The translations under genes and the position numbers were made by a program. Source: Leucoraja erinacea (lineage: Eukaryota). From it: a stretch of 64,000 bases of DNA. This document shows positions 13,001-24,726 of the stretch, in pieces. The DNA lies in the NCBI RefSeq assembly GCF_028641065.1, contig NC_073380.1, forward strand, positions 81,282,001 through 81,346,000, in the 5' to 3' direction. Each line of letters starts with the position of its first letter. Within the stretch, counting starts at the first letter, position 1. The notes beneath the pieces are model-generated. The model had not been told where the DNA came from. It saw only the letters and a program-made list of their open reading frames with translations, and searched no databases.

Positions 13001-14525
13001 TGCACTCCATGCCTCCCAAAAGAAGTGTAATCTCCCACCGATATGTGTATGATCCACACTTCCTATTATTTGTAAGGGACCAAACCCACCTACCTCCATG
13101 GTTACCAGTGGAAGGTTTACTTCTTCCTGTGTGGTCTTCGAGGAGGTTGAGGTGCCGGTGTCTGGGTTTAGGTTTGGGTTTGGGGTTTGCGCATTTTCCA
13201 CGAAGGCCGGTCTGGGCCATGGCCTAAAAAAGACCGCTGTCCTGTATGCCGTGCCTTTGAGCTTTTACCAACTTCTCCTGTTCTGCTGGTGGGTGCGTAA
13301 GGGTGCTGTTTGTGGCTGTGGGAAGTCTTTGCTGTTGTCGCCTTTATGAGCCCCAGGGTTTTTGCCTCCTCATCGAGCTCCTTAACCTGCTTGGACAGGT
13401 TTCCACCAAATAATAATATTGGTGGCTTTGTGTCTCCAGGTTTGCACAGGCCTGAAAATTTTGGATTTAAGGCAGGTCGGATGGCACTCTTTCTGACATT
13501 TCATACGGCGTATTGCAGAATAGTGCCAGTGCATCCTGTTGTTCTTGCGACATTTCCTTCCCATCCACTGTGCGAGCGAATGCTGTGATCCCTGCTGTTA
13601 GTAGTTTTAGTATTCTCTGGAGCTTGACATCCATGCTTCTAACTGCTGCTCCGACGTATTTCCAGATACAATTATTCACGACTGGAACATTCAGGGGTAC
13701 GCAATTTCCTAGTGCCAGTGGTGTCCATCACAGCCTGTTCCTGTAGTTGCTTGAATGACAGGACATCAATGCTGGCAGCTAGTTTCTGTTCTACATTCCG
13801 TCCAGTCTGATCCGGCTGTATGTAGTTGGACATCATGTCCAGTAGATTTTCGCCTTCCTGCACCCCCTACACACTTGTAGTTTGTTCAGCAAACCCCTCT
13901 TCGGGGTCAGCCCAGAATTGACCCCCAGTACTCCCCTCTGACGAGGGAGATGCACTGTGCAGCCCTAGGTGCTGCTGTGGGTGTTATATATGACCCACGG
14001 TGACTAGACTCCATCTCCCGGAGTCTGTCACGTTGGAGCATTTGCTCCATGAGCCGCTCCATCCGGCTCCAGCGCGCACGGTCGCTGGCTGCTCGCAGCT
14101 CCTCAAAGTCGGACTCCTCAGAGTCAACGGCTCCATTTGTTTTTCTTTTTGCTTTCCCACCCGGCCGCGGTGTTGATCTGGCAGGTGCGGGGGCGAAGTC
14201 GGGCACAGCTGATCCCATTACGTGTGATTCCTGTGCCGCCGGCCGCTGCTGGCTGCCCGTAACTCCGCGGTCCTCCCCCATCAGCTTTGTCGCAACTCTG
14301 GTTGATTTTTTGGATTTGTCCATCGTTTCCCCACCTGTGAAACAGTATGGGAAAAATAAAGACCGCAGAGTAACCACTTACCTGTCGGTCCCGGCTTTTA
14401 AACTTGCCGCTGCGGGGGAACGTCCTTCCACCCCGCCTGTCGTTTCACAATGCGTGTAGCGATATGACACGAATTCTCCATGGCGGGTTCTTCACGTAGT
14501 CACTCACGTGACTCCAAAGTAAAAT
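10071..14525 (-). mobile_element. DIRS1-like tyrosine-recombinase retrotransposon, decayed
   Basis: Minus-strand ORF remnants in DIRS order: gag-like (~14377-13200); RT (DAYYSVPI..., YLDDILI near 12465-12485, LGFIIHPVKS); RNase H (LQTDAS..GWG, INYLEM, IDNTTVVAYINHMGG, N..AD..SR); methyltransferase-like (IDLFAS...YAFPPF); tyrosine recombinase (11064-10600). Inverted termini and an internal complementary region are present. Confidence 0.93.
10288..10400. repeat. DIRS internal complementary region (ICR)
   Basis: 10288-10366 is the exact reverse complement of 10071-10149 (79 bp). 10364-10400 is the reverse complement of 14489-14525 with one mismatch. Confidence 0.93.
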
Positions 14526-15460
14526 CCTTAACTTCCTCATTGGCAGAACTCAATTGGTATGAATTGGCAAAGGCAACTCCTCCACACTGACCTTGAGAAG
14601 CACATGAAGACCGCATGCTCAGTCATCCCCTACCATTTCTATACTCGTGACTGTGCAGCCAGACACAGCTCCAACACAAACTTTAAATTCACACATGACA
14701 CCACCAATGTTGGATGAATAATGGTAAGGATGTCAGAGTATAGGAGTGAAAATAATAATCTGGTTGAGTGGTACCAGAACAACAAACTCGCTCTCAATGT
14801 TAGCAAGACCAATGAGCTAATTTTTCATCAGGAAGGGAAAACTGAGGTGTCCTTACACCTGTCTTCATTAGTGGGGTGGCAGTATAGAGAGTCAACAGCT
14901 TCAGGTTCCTTCATGCACAGATCTCCGATGATCTATCCTGGGCCCAGTATAATGATGCAATTACAAAATAAAACTCGCCAACATCTCTACTGCCTCAGAA
15001 TTTTGAGGAGATTTGGCATAGTACTGAATACTCTTGTGATTTACTATAGGTGGAGAGCATACAGCCTGGCAACTCTACAGATAATGACCTCTCCACCACT
15101 AACGGGATCTACAGGAGTAGATCATTAAAGATCCACACCACCTGAAACATGCTCTTGCTGTTACCATTGGAAAGAAGAGACAAGAGCCTGAAAAAGATTA
15201 GCTTCAAGAGTAGCGTTTTTCCATTATTTATCAGGCTTTTGAGTCTTATTGCACAACCTGACCTCAGCACCAAACTACTACGAACTTTCCATAAGGTTCC
15301 ACTACTTACTTTGTTTTATACTATTGTGGTCTAGCTAGCTGCTTTAACTGAGAATTTATAGTATAATTGTTCGTAGTGTTGCGTTTAATATGTCTGTAAA
15401 GCAGCAGCTTCGTTGGCCTGCTCCCTGTGCACATGACAATTAAACTCTAGACTCTTGAAT
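14526..15460 (+). mobile_element. Degenerate Rex1/Babar-type LINE, 3' part, continuing across the DIRS insertion
   Basis: ILNFLIGRTQ..., NNKLALNVSKTNEL, QHLYCLRILRRFG and SFKSSVFP..IRLL, followed by a Rex-type 3' end (catgacaattaaa...cttga). Confidence 0.75.
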
Positions 15461-15759
15461 TAAGTGATTCTTTTTCCTAGATGGTGTTGAGCTTTTTGAG
15501 AGATGTTTGGAGCTAAACTCATCCAGCCAGAAGCATTACTTTATCACACATCTGCCTTGTGCCTTGCAGGTAATGGAAAGCCCCTAAATGTCATCCCATG
15601 ATATCTAGTCTTGCACGTGTTGCCCCAGTAGTGAAGTGGCTGGTCCAGTTCACTTTTTCTGGCCATGGAATAGCGAGGATGTTTCATTAGACTCACTTGC
15701 TGTAGATTGTCACTTCTTGGTGCACTTGTTACACAGACGGAGTTCATTGATTAAACAAT

Positions 15760-16572
15760 AAGTGAGTTCGGTATTTCGAAAAACGCAAGGAAACATGGGA
15801 TTTGTCAAAGGTCGTAAGCTATAACAGTAAATAGATCTCAGCGCTATAGGGGGCTGCATGTAAGGTCATCGGGTCAAAGGGCGTGACGCACGGAGCAGCT
15901 CAATCTGTCTGGAGGACATGGCAGCCTCCCACATACACTGTTAACACACGAAACGCGTACTTTCTTACTTGTTAAAACCGCCAAAATGGTCAATTTTTGC
16001 GCTGTAAATAATTGTGGAGGGTGACTGAGCGCTCTGAACCAAATGCCCTACTATCTTTGCACTGAACCCGAACACCAAGGTGTAAGCGGCAGGGGGATAG
16101 ATGGCCGGGGTCCACGAGTGTGGATCCAGTCTGCGTGGAGTCCGGAAGCTGGGATAGAAGACGGGCCCCTTCACTGGAAGCCAGGGTAAGTGCTTACCAA
16201 AGACACGCTTACCTGCAGTTCACCGCATGTACTCCAGTTGGCGTTGCGTGGCAACAGTACGAGTCCGACTGAGGGGAGGAGGTGGAGGTGGAGGGCTGCC
16301 GGGGCCAACCCGGCGGGACAGGCAGAGCCGAGCTGGAGCCAGCGGCTGCAAGTCCAGGGTTGCCTCGCCAGCCCAGGGCCAACCAGGACACATCCAGGCA
16401 GGGACGGGACACCGGGGAGGGGACGGCCCAACAGCACCCGCAGCGACGGAGGGCCAACCCCGACTACTGACGAAACGCGCCTGCACACAATGCAGCATCA
16501 CCGTTGCCAAGGCTGTTTTATAGCTAGTGACCAATAACCTGGGCATGCGTTGTCGGAATACCGAACACGCTT
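15760..16572. mobile_element. Non-autonomous TIR DNA element, copy A
   Basis: Imperfect ~20-28 bp TIRs (left AAGTGAGTTCGGTATTTCGA; right, reverse-complemented, AAGCGTGTTCGGTATTCCGA), flanked by AT on each side. Confidence 0.7.
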
Positions 16573-16879
16573 ATTGCAGATTTCTGGGTGGAAGAAAATA
16601 GCCGTGCAGTAATGTCTTGGAACCGGGATGATGTTTTCTGACGGTCAGCGTCAGAGTCGGGTGATTGGGAACTCTGTAGGTAAAGCGAGTCCATTTGTCA
16701 CCACACCGGCCGGGCCAGTCCCTCGCCCACCGCTCCGCGGGAGGACAGCTTCCAGGAATTGGGTAACACAAGGGTCAGTCTCATCGTTGAAGCGGAAACG
16801 CTTCCTTGTAACTGGAGATCCGGGCCGTTTTAGCGGCTGCTAGTCGCTCGGACCCCAGCACCTGTCCCTGTGAGAAGCG

Positions 16880-17039
16880 GTAGGCGAGGGGTGCATCGGC
16901 GTGTTGTTCAGTAGGCGAGGGGTGCAGCGGCGGGTTGTTGCAGTAGGCGAGGGGTGCAGCGGCGGGTTGTTCAGTAGGCGAGGGGTGCAGCGGCGGGTTG
17001 TTGCAGTAGGCGAGGGGTGCAGCGGCGGGTTGTTGCAGT
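16880..17039. repeat. G-rich minisatellite, 5 copies of 31-32 bp
   Basis: Unit GTAGGCGAGGGGTGCAGCGGCGGGTTGTT(G)CA repeated five times. Confidence 0.95.
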
Positions 17040-17068
17040 CTCCGGATCAGGTGCACACAGGTGTTCTG

Positions 17069-17107
17069 GCTTTTTGTGCGGAGATTGTGTTTCTGTTACA
17101 CGCTGTG
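17069..17107 (-). promoter_or_regulatory. 23-RSS (CACAGCG, 23 nt, ACAAAAAGC)
   Basis: Heptamer 17107-17101, spacer 17100-17078 (exactly 23 nt), nonamer 17077-17069, directly after the V exon. Confidence 0.93.
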
Positions 17108-17535
17108 TAACCCAGCAGGCGCAGTAATAGGTGGCAGATTTGTCAGCCGTTAATTCAATTGCAAGGTAGAATGCGGTGTCAGTGGTTTTCCCACCGTTGA
17201 AGGAGGTCCCAAATCCCGGATCCCGCACCACGCGATTTCCAAAGTAGAGTATCCGAGCGATCGGCTGCCCGGCTTTCTGTTGGTACCAGTGAATGGGGTT
17301 GGTGTCACTAATTTGGACGTCTTTCACTTGACACCAGACTCGCACTGTTTTACCGGCAGACGAGGTTAGCGATCCTTTGGGCTGGGTCAGGGTCTGGGCC
17401 AAACACCCACCTGCAAAAAGAACAGATTTTGATTAAATCGGCGGTGCCACGGGAGAGACCGACAATACATAGCTGAAGAACCATCTGACACGCACAGCCC
17501 AAACTTAGCACGAAAAAACAGGAAAACAGCCACAT
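17108..17535 (-). CDS. TRGV: TCR gamma V segment (leader exon 17535-17490, V exon 17410-17108)
   Basis: Leader MWLFSCFFVLSLGCA+T, donor GTCAGA, 79-bp phase-1 intron, acceptor TTTTGCAG. Open V domain AQTLTQPKGSLTSSAGKTVRVWC...IHWYQQKAGQPIARILY...SATYYCACWV with both Cys and the conserved Trp. IHWY/ILY/YYCAxW plus a 23-RSS is typical of TRGV. Confidence 0.93.
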
Positions 17536-18977
17536 GTTCGCTCAGCTGGATCGCTGTTTAGAAAGTGAGAGGAATTAAGTGACTTCCCTCAACACACTCG
17601 GCCAGCTATTGGAGTCGGCGCTGAACCCGCCCCGAAACACTCTCCTCGGCTGAGCCCGCAACAATGATTCGCGTTATTCCGGTGGCGTCATGTTTCATCT
17701 CGGAGAGTGGGTGTGAGAGGTGCAAGCACACAGCGGTTCATTTCTTCCTTCCTTTCCAACCGACAAATTAGGTTGAAATTACCTCAGCCATTTCTTCCGG
17801 ACCATTGGTACAAAAGGCCATTCTGTCCCTGTGTCTGCCCCGACCTCGCCGTTTCATTCGCATTATCAGACTGATCTTTATCTAACATGGAAATCAGAAA
17901 TACTGGAGAGAGAAACAGAGTTAACGCTGCAGGTCGAAATTTCAGACATGTATTCTCATGTGCTTATCCTCTGCTGTATCTCTCCTCTGCACCAACTGCA
18001 CGACCGCCTTTCCGAGCAAGTTCTTCTACCTCCCGCTAGCATATTTCCGTGTTTAAAGCCTCTCCCGGTCGTCGGAGTTTCGATCCTCCCGACGAGAGGG
18101 CCTTAACATCGGGCCGTCGGCAGCCGTGAATGCGACGGTTCAAAGGCCTCGACCACGGGTGAATAAAGGAGGAAGATGGCTGAACTTTATTGCCTTCCTT
18201 CACAATGAGGAATGATGATTCCACTGTGGTGGATGTTTATGTTAAATTTCATATTATGTGTGTATTTTGTTCTTTTCGCTTAATATGGCTGTATGGTAAC
18301 TCAAATTTCACTGTGCCGTAATCGGTTGTGACAATAAATGCGAATTTGAACTTGACTTTATTGTCTGCGTGCCGACTGGATTAGATACGACGCATTAGAT
18401 TTTGTGTCTGTGGAGCACTGCGCCCTGCAGTGTGGGACGCGGGCTCGCCATACTACTGACTGTTAAAGTGTGTGGGAATGTGTGGGGTGGTGCTCCCCCA
18501 CATCTCCCCGCTGGTATGTTGAGAATCCGTAACCCCTGTTCTGCGTTCACGGCTGATCTTCTGCATCAGCGCCGTTTCTAGCATTATTCCCCACCTTTGA
18601 TTCCATGAATATCCTGAGTGCGGCAGCCTGCTGGAGAGTGGAGATTCCCCGCCAAATAAACCCTTCCATCACTTTAACAGCCCACGTGGATTCGCTTCAC
18701 AATCCCCTGCAGACGAGCGAAACTGTTTTCAAGAGGAGGGTCGTTAAAACAAATCTTCTCACCGTGTGATGTGAATCTCTGGAATTCTCCACCCATGTGG
18801 ATTACTGGAAGGAGACATGTTTGACAGACCATGGACGAGCTGCGCCAAGGGGTTCGTTTCTGTGTGTAGCTTTGTGAGTCTATGACGTGGAGAATTAAAG
18901 ACCGTGGAGATCCAACAAAGTGGTTGAGGCCTCGGGCAGATTAGCCGTGATCACATTGAATGGTGGGGCAGGCATGA

Positions 18978-20402
18978 AAACATAGAAACATAGAAATTAG
19001 GTGCAGGAGTAGGCCATTCGGCCCTTCGAGCCTGCACCGCCATTCAATATGATCATGGCTGATCATCCAACTCAGTATCCCGTACCTGCCTTCTCTCCAT
19101 ACCCACTGATCCCCTTAGCTACAAGGGCCACATCTAACTCCCTTTTAAATATAGCCAATGAACTGGCCTCAACTACCCTCTGTGGCAGAGAGTTCCAGAG
19201 ATTCACCACTCTCTGTGTGAAAAAAGTTCTTCTCATCTCGGTTTTAAAGGATTTCCCCCTTATCCTTAAGCTGTGACCGCTTGTCCTGGACTTCCCTAAC
19301 ATCGGGAACAATCTTCCTGCATCTAGCCTGTCCAACCCCTTAAGAATTTTGTAAGTTTCTATAAGATCCCCTCTCAATCTCCTAAATTCTAGAGAATATA
19401 AACCAAGTCTATCCAGTCTTTCTTCATAAGACAGTCCTGACATCCCAGGAATCAGTCTGGTGAACCCTCTATGGCAATAATGTCCTTCCTCAGATTTGGA
19501 GACCAAAACTGTACGCAATACTCCAGGTGTGGTCTCACCAAGACCCTGTACAACTGCAGTAGAACCTCCCTGCTCCTATACTCAAATCCTTTTGCAATGA
19601 AAGCTAACATACCATTCACTTTCTTTACTGCCTGCTGCACCTGCATGCCTACCTTCAATGACTGGTGTACCATGACACCCAGGTCTCGCTGCATCTCCTC
19701 CTTTCCCAATCGGCCACCATTTAGATAATAGTCTGCTTTCCCGTTTTTGCCACCAAAATGGATAACCTCACATTTATCCACATTATACTGCATCTGCCAA
19801 ACATTTGCCCACTCACCCAGCCTATCCATGTCACCTTGCAGTCTCCTAGCATCCTCCTCACAGCTAACACTGCCCCCCAGCTTAGTGTCATCCGCAAACT
19901 TGGAGATATTGCCTTCAATTCCCTCATCCAGATCATTAATATATATTGTAAATAGCTGGGGTCCCAGCACTGAGCCTTGCGGTACCCCACTAGTCACTGC
20001 CCTGCCATTGTGAAAAGGACCCGTTTACTCCTACTCTTTGCTTCCTGTTTGCCAGCCCAGTTCTCTATCCACATCAATACTGAACCCCCAATGCCTTGTG
20101 CTTTAAGTTTGTATACTAATCTCTTATGTGGGACCTTGTCGAAAGCCTTCTGGAAGTCCAGATACACCACATCCACTGGTTCTCCTCTATCGACGCTACT
20201 AGTTACATCCTCGAAAAATTCTATAAGATTCGTCAGACATGATTTACCTTTCGTAAATCCATGCTGACTTTGTCCAATGATTTCACCACTTTCCAAATGT
20301 GCTGCTATCCCATCTTTAATAACTGACTCTAGCAGTTTCCCCACTACCGATGTTAGACTAACTGGTCTGTAATTCCCCGTTTTCTCTCATCCCTCCCTTC
20401 TT
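18978..20402 (-). mobile_element. CR1 LINE, 5'-truncated
   Basis: [46 protein letters not shown] and FTQRVVNLWNSLP, with a (TTTCTATG)n tail. Confidence 0.93.
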
Positions 20403-22429
20403 AGGTTTACTCCTACGGCAACTGCAGTTCCTGCTCCTACCGCTGTTCCCACTCATGCTCCTGCACCAACAGCTGCTCTTGCTCCAGTTCCAGTTCCTAC
20501 AGTTGCTCCTGCTTCTAAAACTGGTCATACTCCTACACTGGGGTGGGAGATTGCAACCTTCGAAACCGTGTTTTGACTAATGCAATAACCCAACGTTTTG
20601 TTAGGCTGTGGTTAGGGGGAGGGTAGTAGACGCAAATACTCAATTTGGACACAAAAGGTTACAGACGCTGGAACCTGGAGCAATATCTAACTGCTTTTCA
20701 AACATTTCTTTCCAAATTGTGTCTACCTCTAAATGGGCAGAGAATTCCGGAGACTCACTTCCCTCTGCAACTATTAATAGCTGGAGGAACTGTGTGGAGC
20801 AGCTAGGGCGGGCGGGGGAGGGAGGGAGGGCAACTTTTCGTGTGGCGAACCTACAGCAGGACTGAAAGAGACGGTAGAAGAGGAAGGGGGAAGGCGAGAT
20901 ACGGACTAGTGGATAATAGGTAGCCTGAAGTTGGGAGAACCTTTGACGGGAGATGAAGCCATATGGGGAGGGGTTAAATTGGGAGACAGACGTGCGTGGA
21001 TACAGGCAATGAGAAAGAGGATGGATGGAGCCAAATGGAGGGAGAGGAGGGTGAAGCTGAAGACAGAGGCTAGATTGTGACACAAAGACTGGACATTGGA
21101 AACAGATAAGTAAAGAAGGTGATAATGGGGAGAGGTGAAAAGCAGAAGGAACTAGATGATGAGGGGACCCTGTGCGTGGGAGTATGTGAATGGAACCAGG
21201 AAAGGGGGAGGAGGAGTCTAGAGCAGTAATGAGGGGGCTGAGGGGTGTATGGGAAAGCCTGAGATCGGCACAAAATGCTAGAGTAACTCAGCCGGCCAGG
21301 CAGCATCTCAGGAGAAAAGGAATAGGTGACCTTTTGGGTCAGTTCAGTTTAATTTTGTTTTTGTCACGTGTACTGAGATGCAGTGAAAAGCTTTTGTTGC
21401 GTGCTATTCTGTCAGTGGAAATATAATGCATGATTACAATGGAGCCATTTACAGTGTGTAGATACATGATAAGGGAATAACGTTTAGTGCAAGGTAAAGC
21501 CAGAACAATCCGATCAAGGATAGTTTGAGGGTCACCAGTGAAATAGACAGTAGTTCAGCACAGCTTCAGCCCAAAATCATCACCTATTTCTTTATCCAGA
21601 AATGCTGCCTGACCCGCTGAATTACTGCAGTATTTAATTATTATCTTTGGTGTAAACCAGCATCTGCACTTCATTGTTTTCAAGAAGGAACTGCAGATGC
21701 TGGAAGATCGAAGGTACACAAAAATGCTGGAGAAACTCAGCGGGTGCAGCAACATCTATGGAGCGAAGGAAATAGGCGACGTTTCGGGCCGAAACCCTTC
21801 TTCAGACTGCACTTCATCTGCACTTCATTCCTCTGCACTTGTTTTGAACCTGCATGTTCTGGTATTTTAAGTTGAATTCCTGCGAAAGCCCGATCGGAGT
21901 CTTCTACATTGTGGGCCTACATAAATGTAATTTATTGTTTACATGGTCACTGGATCTGAAGCACTTATTTCTCTTTTCCCAACTCCTGATGAAGGTTTTA
22001 ACTCAAAAGGTTAACTGTTTCTCACTCCAGGGGTGCTGCCTAAACTGCTGAGCATTGCCAACATTTCCTAATTTTATTTCAGATTTTCCGAGTGTACAGA
22101 TTTTTAACTTTTTCACGAATTCGATTTTGAAAAATCGCTTATTTTCAAAAGTTGACTGCATTTCATTAACCTTCTCAGATAACGTTGAACTAAAATAGCC
22201 CAGGCCTAGGCCAAGATCCTTGGGTCAGGTATCCATCCGATTCCCTTTTTAAAGATTAAAAAAAACAGTGAATGCTAGAAATCTGAAGTCTAGAAATTGA
22301 TTGAGAAAGCATTGACTAACATTTCCACCACCCACGTAGGCAGTGAATCTTAGAATATAACGAGGCTCTGTGTAAATATATATGTTTGTCCCTGACATTC
22401 CTATTCTATCTTTTGCCTAAATAGTCAGA

Positions 22430-22915
22430 GATTGAAACAGCCTGGAAACAGGCCCTTCAGCCCAACTTTCCCCTGCCGACCAAGATGCCCCATCTATGCC
22501 AGTCCCACCTGCCCACATTTGGCTACTATCCCTCTAAAGTTTTCCTGTCTGTGTACCTTTCCTATCCAACCTGACTTTTTACATTTCGTTGTAGTACTTG
22601 CCTTAACTATCGCCTCTGACAGCTCTTTCTGGATACCCACCATCATCTGTGTGGGAAAAGTTGCCCCCAGATTCTTATTAAATCTTCCCCTCCCCTTAAT
22701 CCTATGTCCCCCGGTTCTTGATTTCCCCTACTATGGGTAAAATACTCTGTGCTTTCACCCCATCCAATCCCCTCAAGATCTTATACATGTTTAAAAGATC
22801 ACCCCTCAGCCTCCTGTGCTCCAAGGATTAAAGTCCTGGTCTGCCCATCCTTTCCATATAGCTCATGCCCTCAGCTCATGCCCTTAGGTGGAACATCCTT
22901 GCAAATCTTTTCGTA
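22430..22915 (-). mobile_element. Older CR1 3' fragment
   Basis: Diverged match to the CR1 3' ends elsewhere in the window. Confidence 0.65.
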
Positions 22916-23755
22916 AATATTAAATTTGTGCCCTGATTCTTGAGCCCTCCTTGATTAAATGAGTCATGACTGATTGAATTGAATGACACAGCATGGAAAC
23001 ATTGGCTCACTGAATCCACACCAACCATCGATCACCGGGTTCAGACTAGTTCTCATTTTTGCACATGAAAAAATAATCAAAGAAAAACGCAAATGTTGGA
23101 ATTTGAAACCAAAACTGAAAATGCTAGAAACAGCCAATGGTTCAGACCGCATCTGTGGAAAGGGAACAAAAAGTCATGTTTCAAATCAGACACTTGTTCA
23201 GAACTAAGAAGTTGAGAGAACAAGTTAAACTGCAGTGAGACTGGGAAAGGGAGGGAAAGGACAAAGAGAATATCTCTGACAGAATTATAGAATAGTTATA
23301 GCACAGCATGAGGCTATTTGTCCCATCGTGCCTGTGCCAATTATCCATCAGCTGGTTCCACCTCCTGGCCTCTCTGTATTTTTGCAAATTTTAACAGCAC
23401 CATGTATTGATCCAATTCCCTCTCAAAGGCCACAGTGGAACCCGCCCCCACCCCAAACACACACTGTCAGCGCCTTCTGGATTCCAACCACAGACTGGGT
23501 GATAAATCATTTCCCCACCAGAGGAGTAGCTGTGTGGACAAACTGTTGACAAATACGTGGTTCATAGATTAATGATAGATAGCAATTAGAGAAAGACCAC
23601 AAACAAACGGTGCAGCTGATAAAGCTGCAGCCTCAAGATGCCACAGACCCGGGTTCAACTGTGTGGAGTTTGCACAGTCTCCCAGTGACTGCATGGATTT
23701 CCTCCGGGTGTTCCAGTTTCCTACCACGTCCTAATGATATGCGAGCTTGTTTAAT

Positions 23756-24726
23756 AAACAAGTTCGGTATTCCGAAAAATGCAAGGAATCGTGGGATTTC
23801 TCAAAGTCATTAGAGAAAAAAATTGCGAATGGGGCTGCCAGGTAGCGGGAGAGCGAGGTGTACCAGCGAGAGAGAGGGGGCATATGCGAGTGGGAGACAG
23901 GGGGAGAGACTGGACCAGCGGAGAGATGGTGAGAGGTAGGGGAAAGAGAAGGGGGGTGAAAGATGTGCATGTTTGTGTTTTGCTCACAGATGTGTTTAGT
24001 TTAACATTCCACGGCGAGTGCCGGGGTTTGCACATCGGTTGGAGAGGCGGGCAATGTCCCCCAGTTCCTCCCTTCAGTCCGGGGTGGGGGGGGTGATGTG
24101 TGAGGGGATGGGATTGTCCTAGTGCCGGGGAGTTCTTGCGGAGACGGGGCATCCAGGACCTGCAGTGAAGCCGCGAGAGAGAGTTCTTCTCTCCCCATCT
24201 CTCTTCCCATCCCTGTCCCCATCTCTCTCTCTGCTGCCTCGCCTTTACCCATGGACAGGCATCGCTCTGTCAGAAGGAACTGCAGATGCTGGTTTACAGC
24301 GAAGGTAGACACAATGTATTGGAGTAACTCAGCGGGACAGGCAGCATCTTTGGAGAAAAGGATGCTGTTCAGGTCGAGACCCTTCTCCATAGATGTTGCC
24401 CGACCCGCTGAGTTACTGCAGTATTTTGTGCGAATCCCCGTTGATGACAGGTGCTCGGTTTTCGCCAGCACCGAGGAGGTCAACCGACAGCCACCGGATA
24501 AGGCGAGAGATGCAGCAGATGGCCCCCAGCCCATCGGGGAACGGTTTCCTCGGGAGTTGGAGCAGAGTTGATCTGGAGATAGCCCTGACTGTAAGCCTGG
24601 GGCCGCCACTACTCCAGGCCAGTGTCCCATCACACGCAGTTAACACGCAGCAGCTCAGCTGCTGAAAATGTTTATCGCGACTGACCTATGACCTGGGCAT
24701 GCGCAGTCGAAATACTGAACTCGCTT
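23756..24726. mobile_element. Non-autonomous TIR DNA element, copy B, inserted in a V-SINE
   Basis: Same TIRs as copy A. It splits a SINE at ttaAT|ATtggc. Confidence 0.72.

Noticed and set aside
16880-17039. Regular ~32-bp repeats as a CRISPR array
   Set aside because: Units are head-to-tail with no unique spacers, the context is eukaryotic, and there are no cas genes.
16971-17107. C-terminal extension of the 143-aa ORF beyond YYCACWV
   Set aside because: It is read-through across the RSS and minisatellite. The V segment ends at the heptamer.
17540-17700. Shared V-promoter motif (CRE-like TGACG at ~17690 and 26776, E-boxes, RUNX-like sites)
   Set aside because: These short motifs lack consistent spacing among the three V genes and cannot be distinguished from chance by eye.
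23751-24665. Cluster of overlapping 90-210 aa ORFs
   Set aside because: They lie in the GC-rich interior of a TIR element with a nested short repeat and show no recognisable domain.
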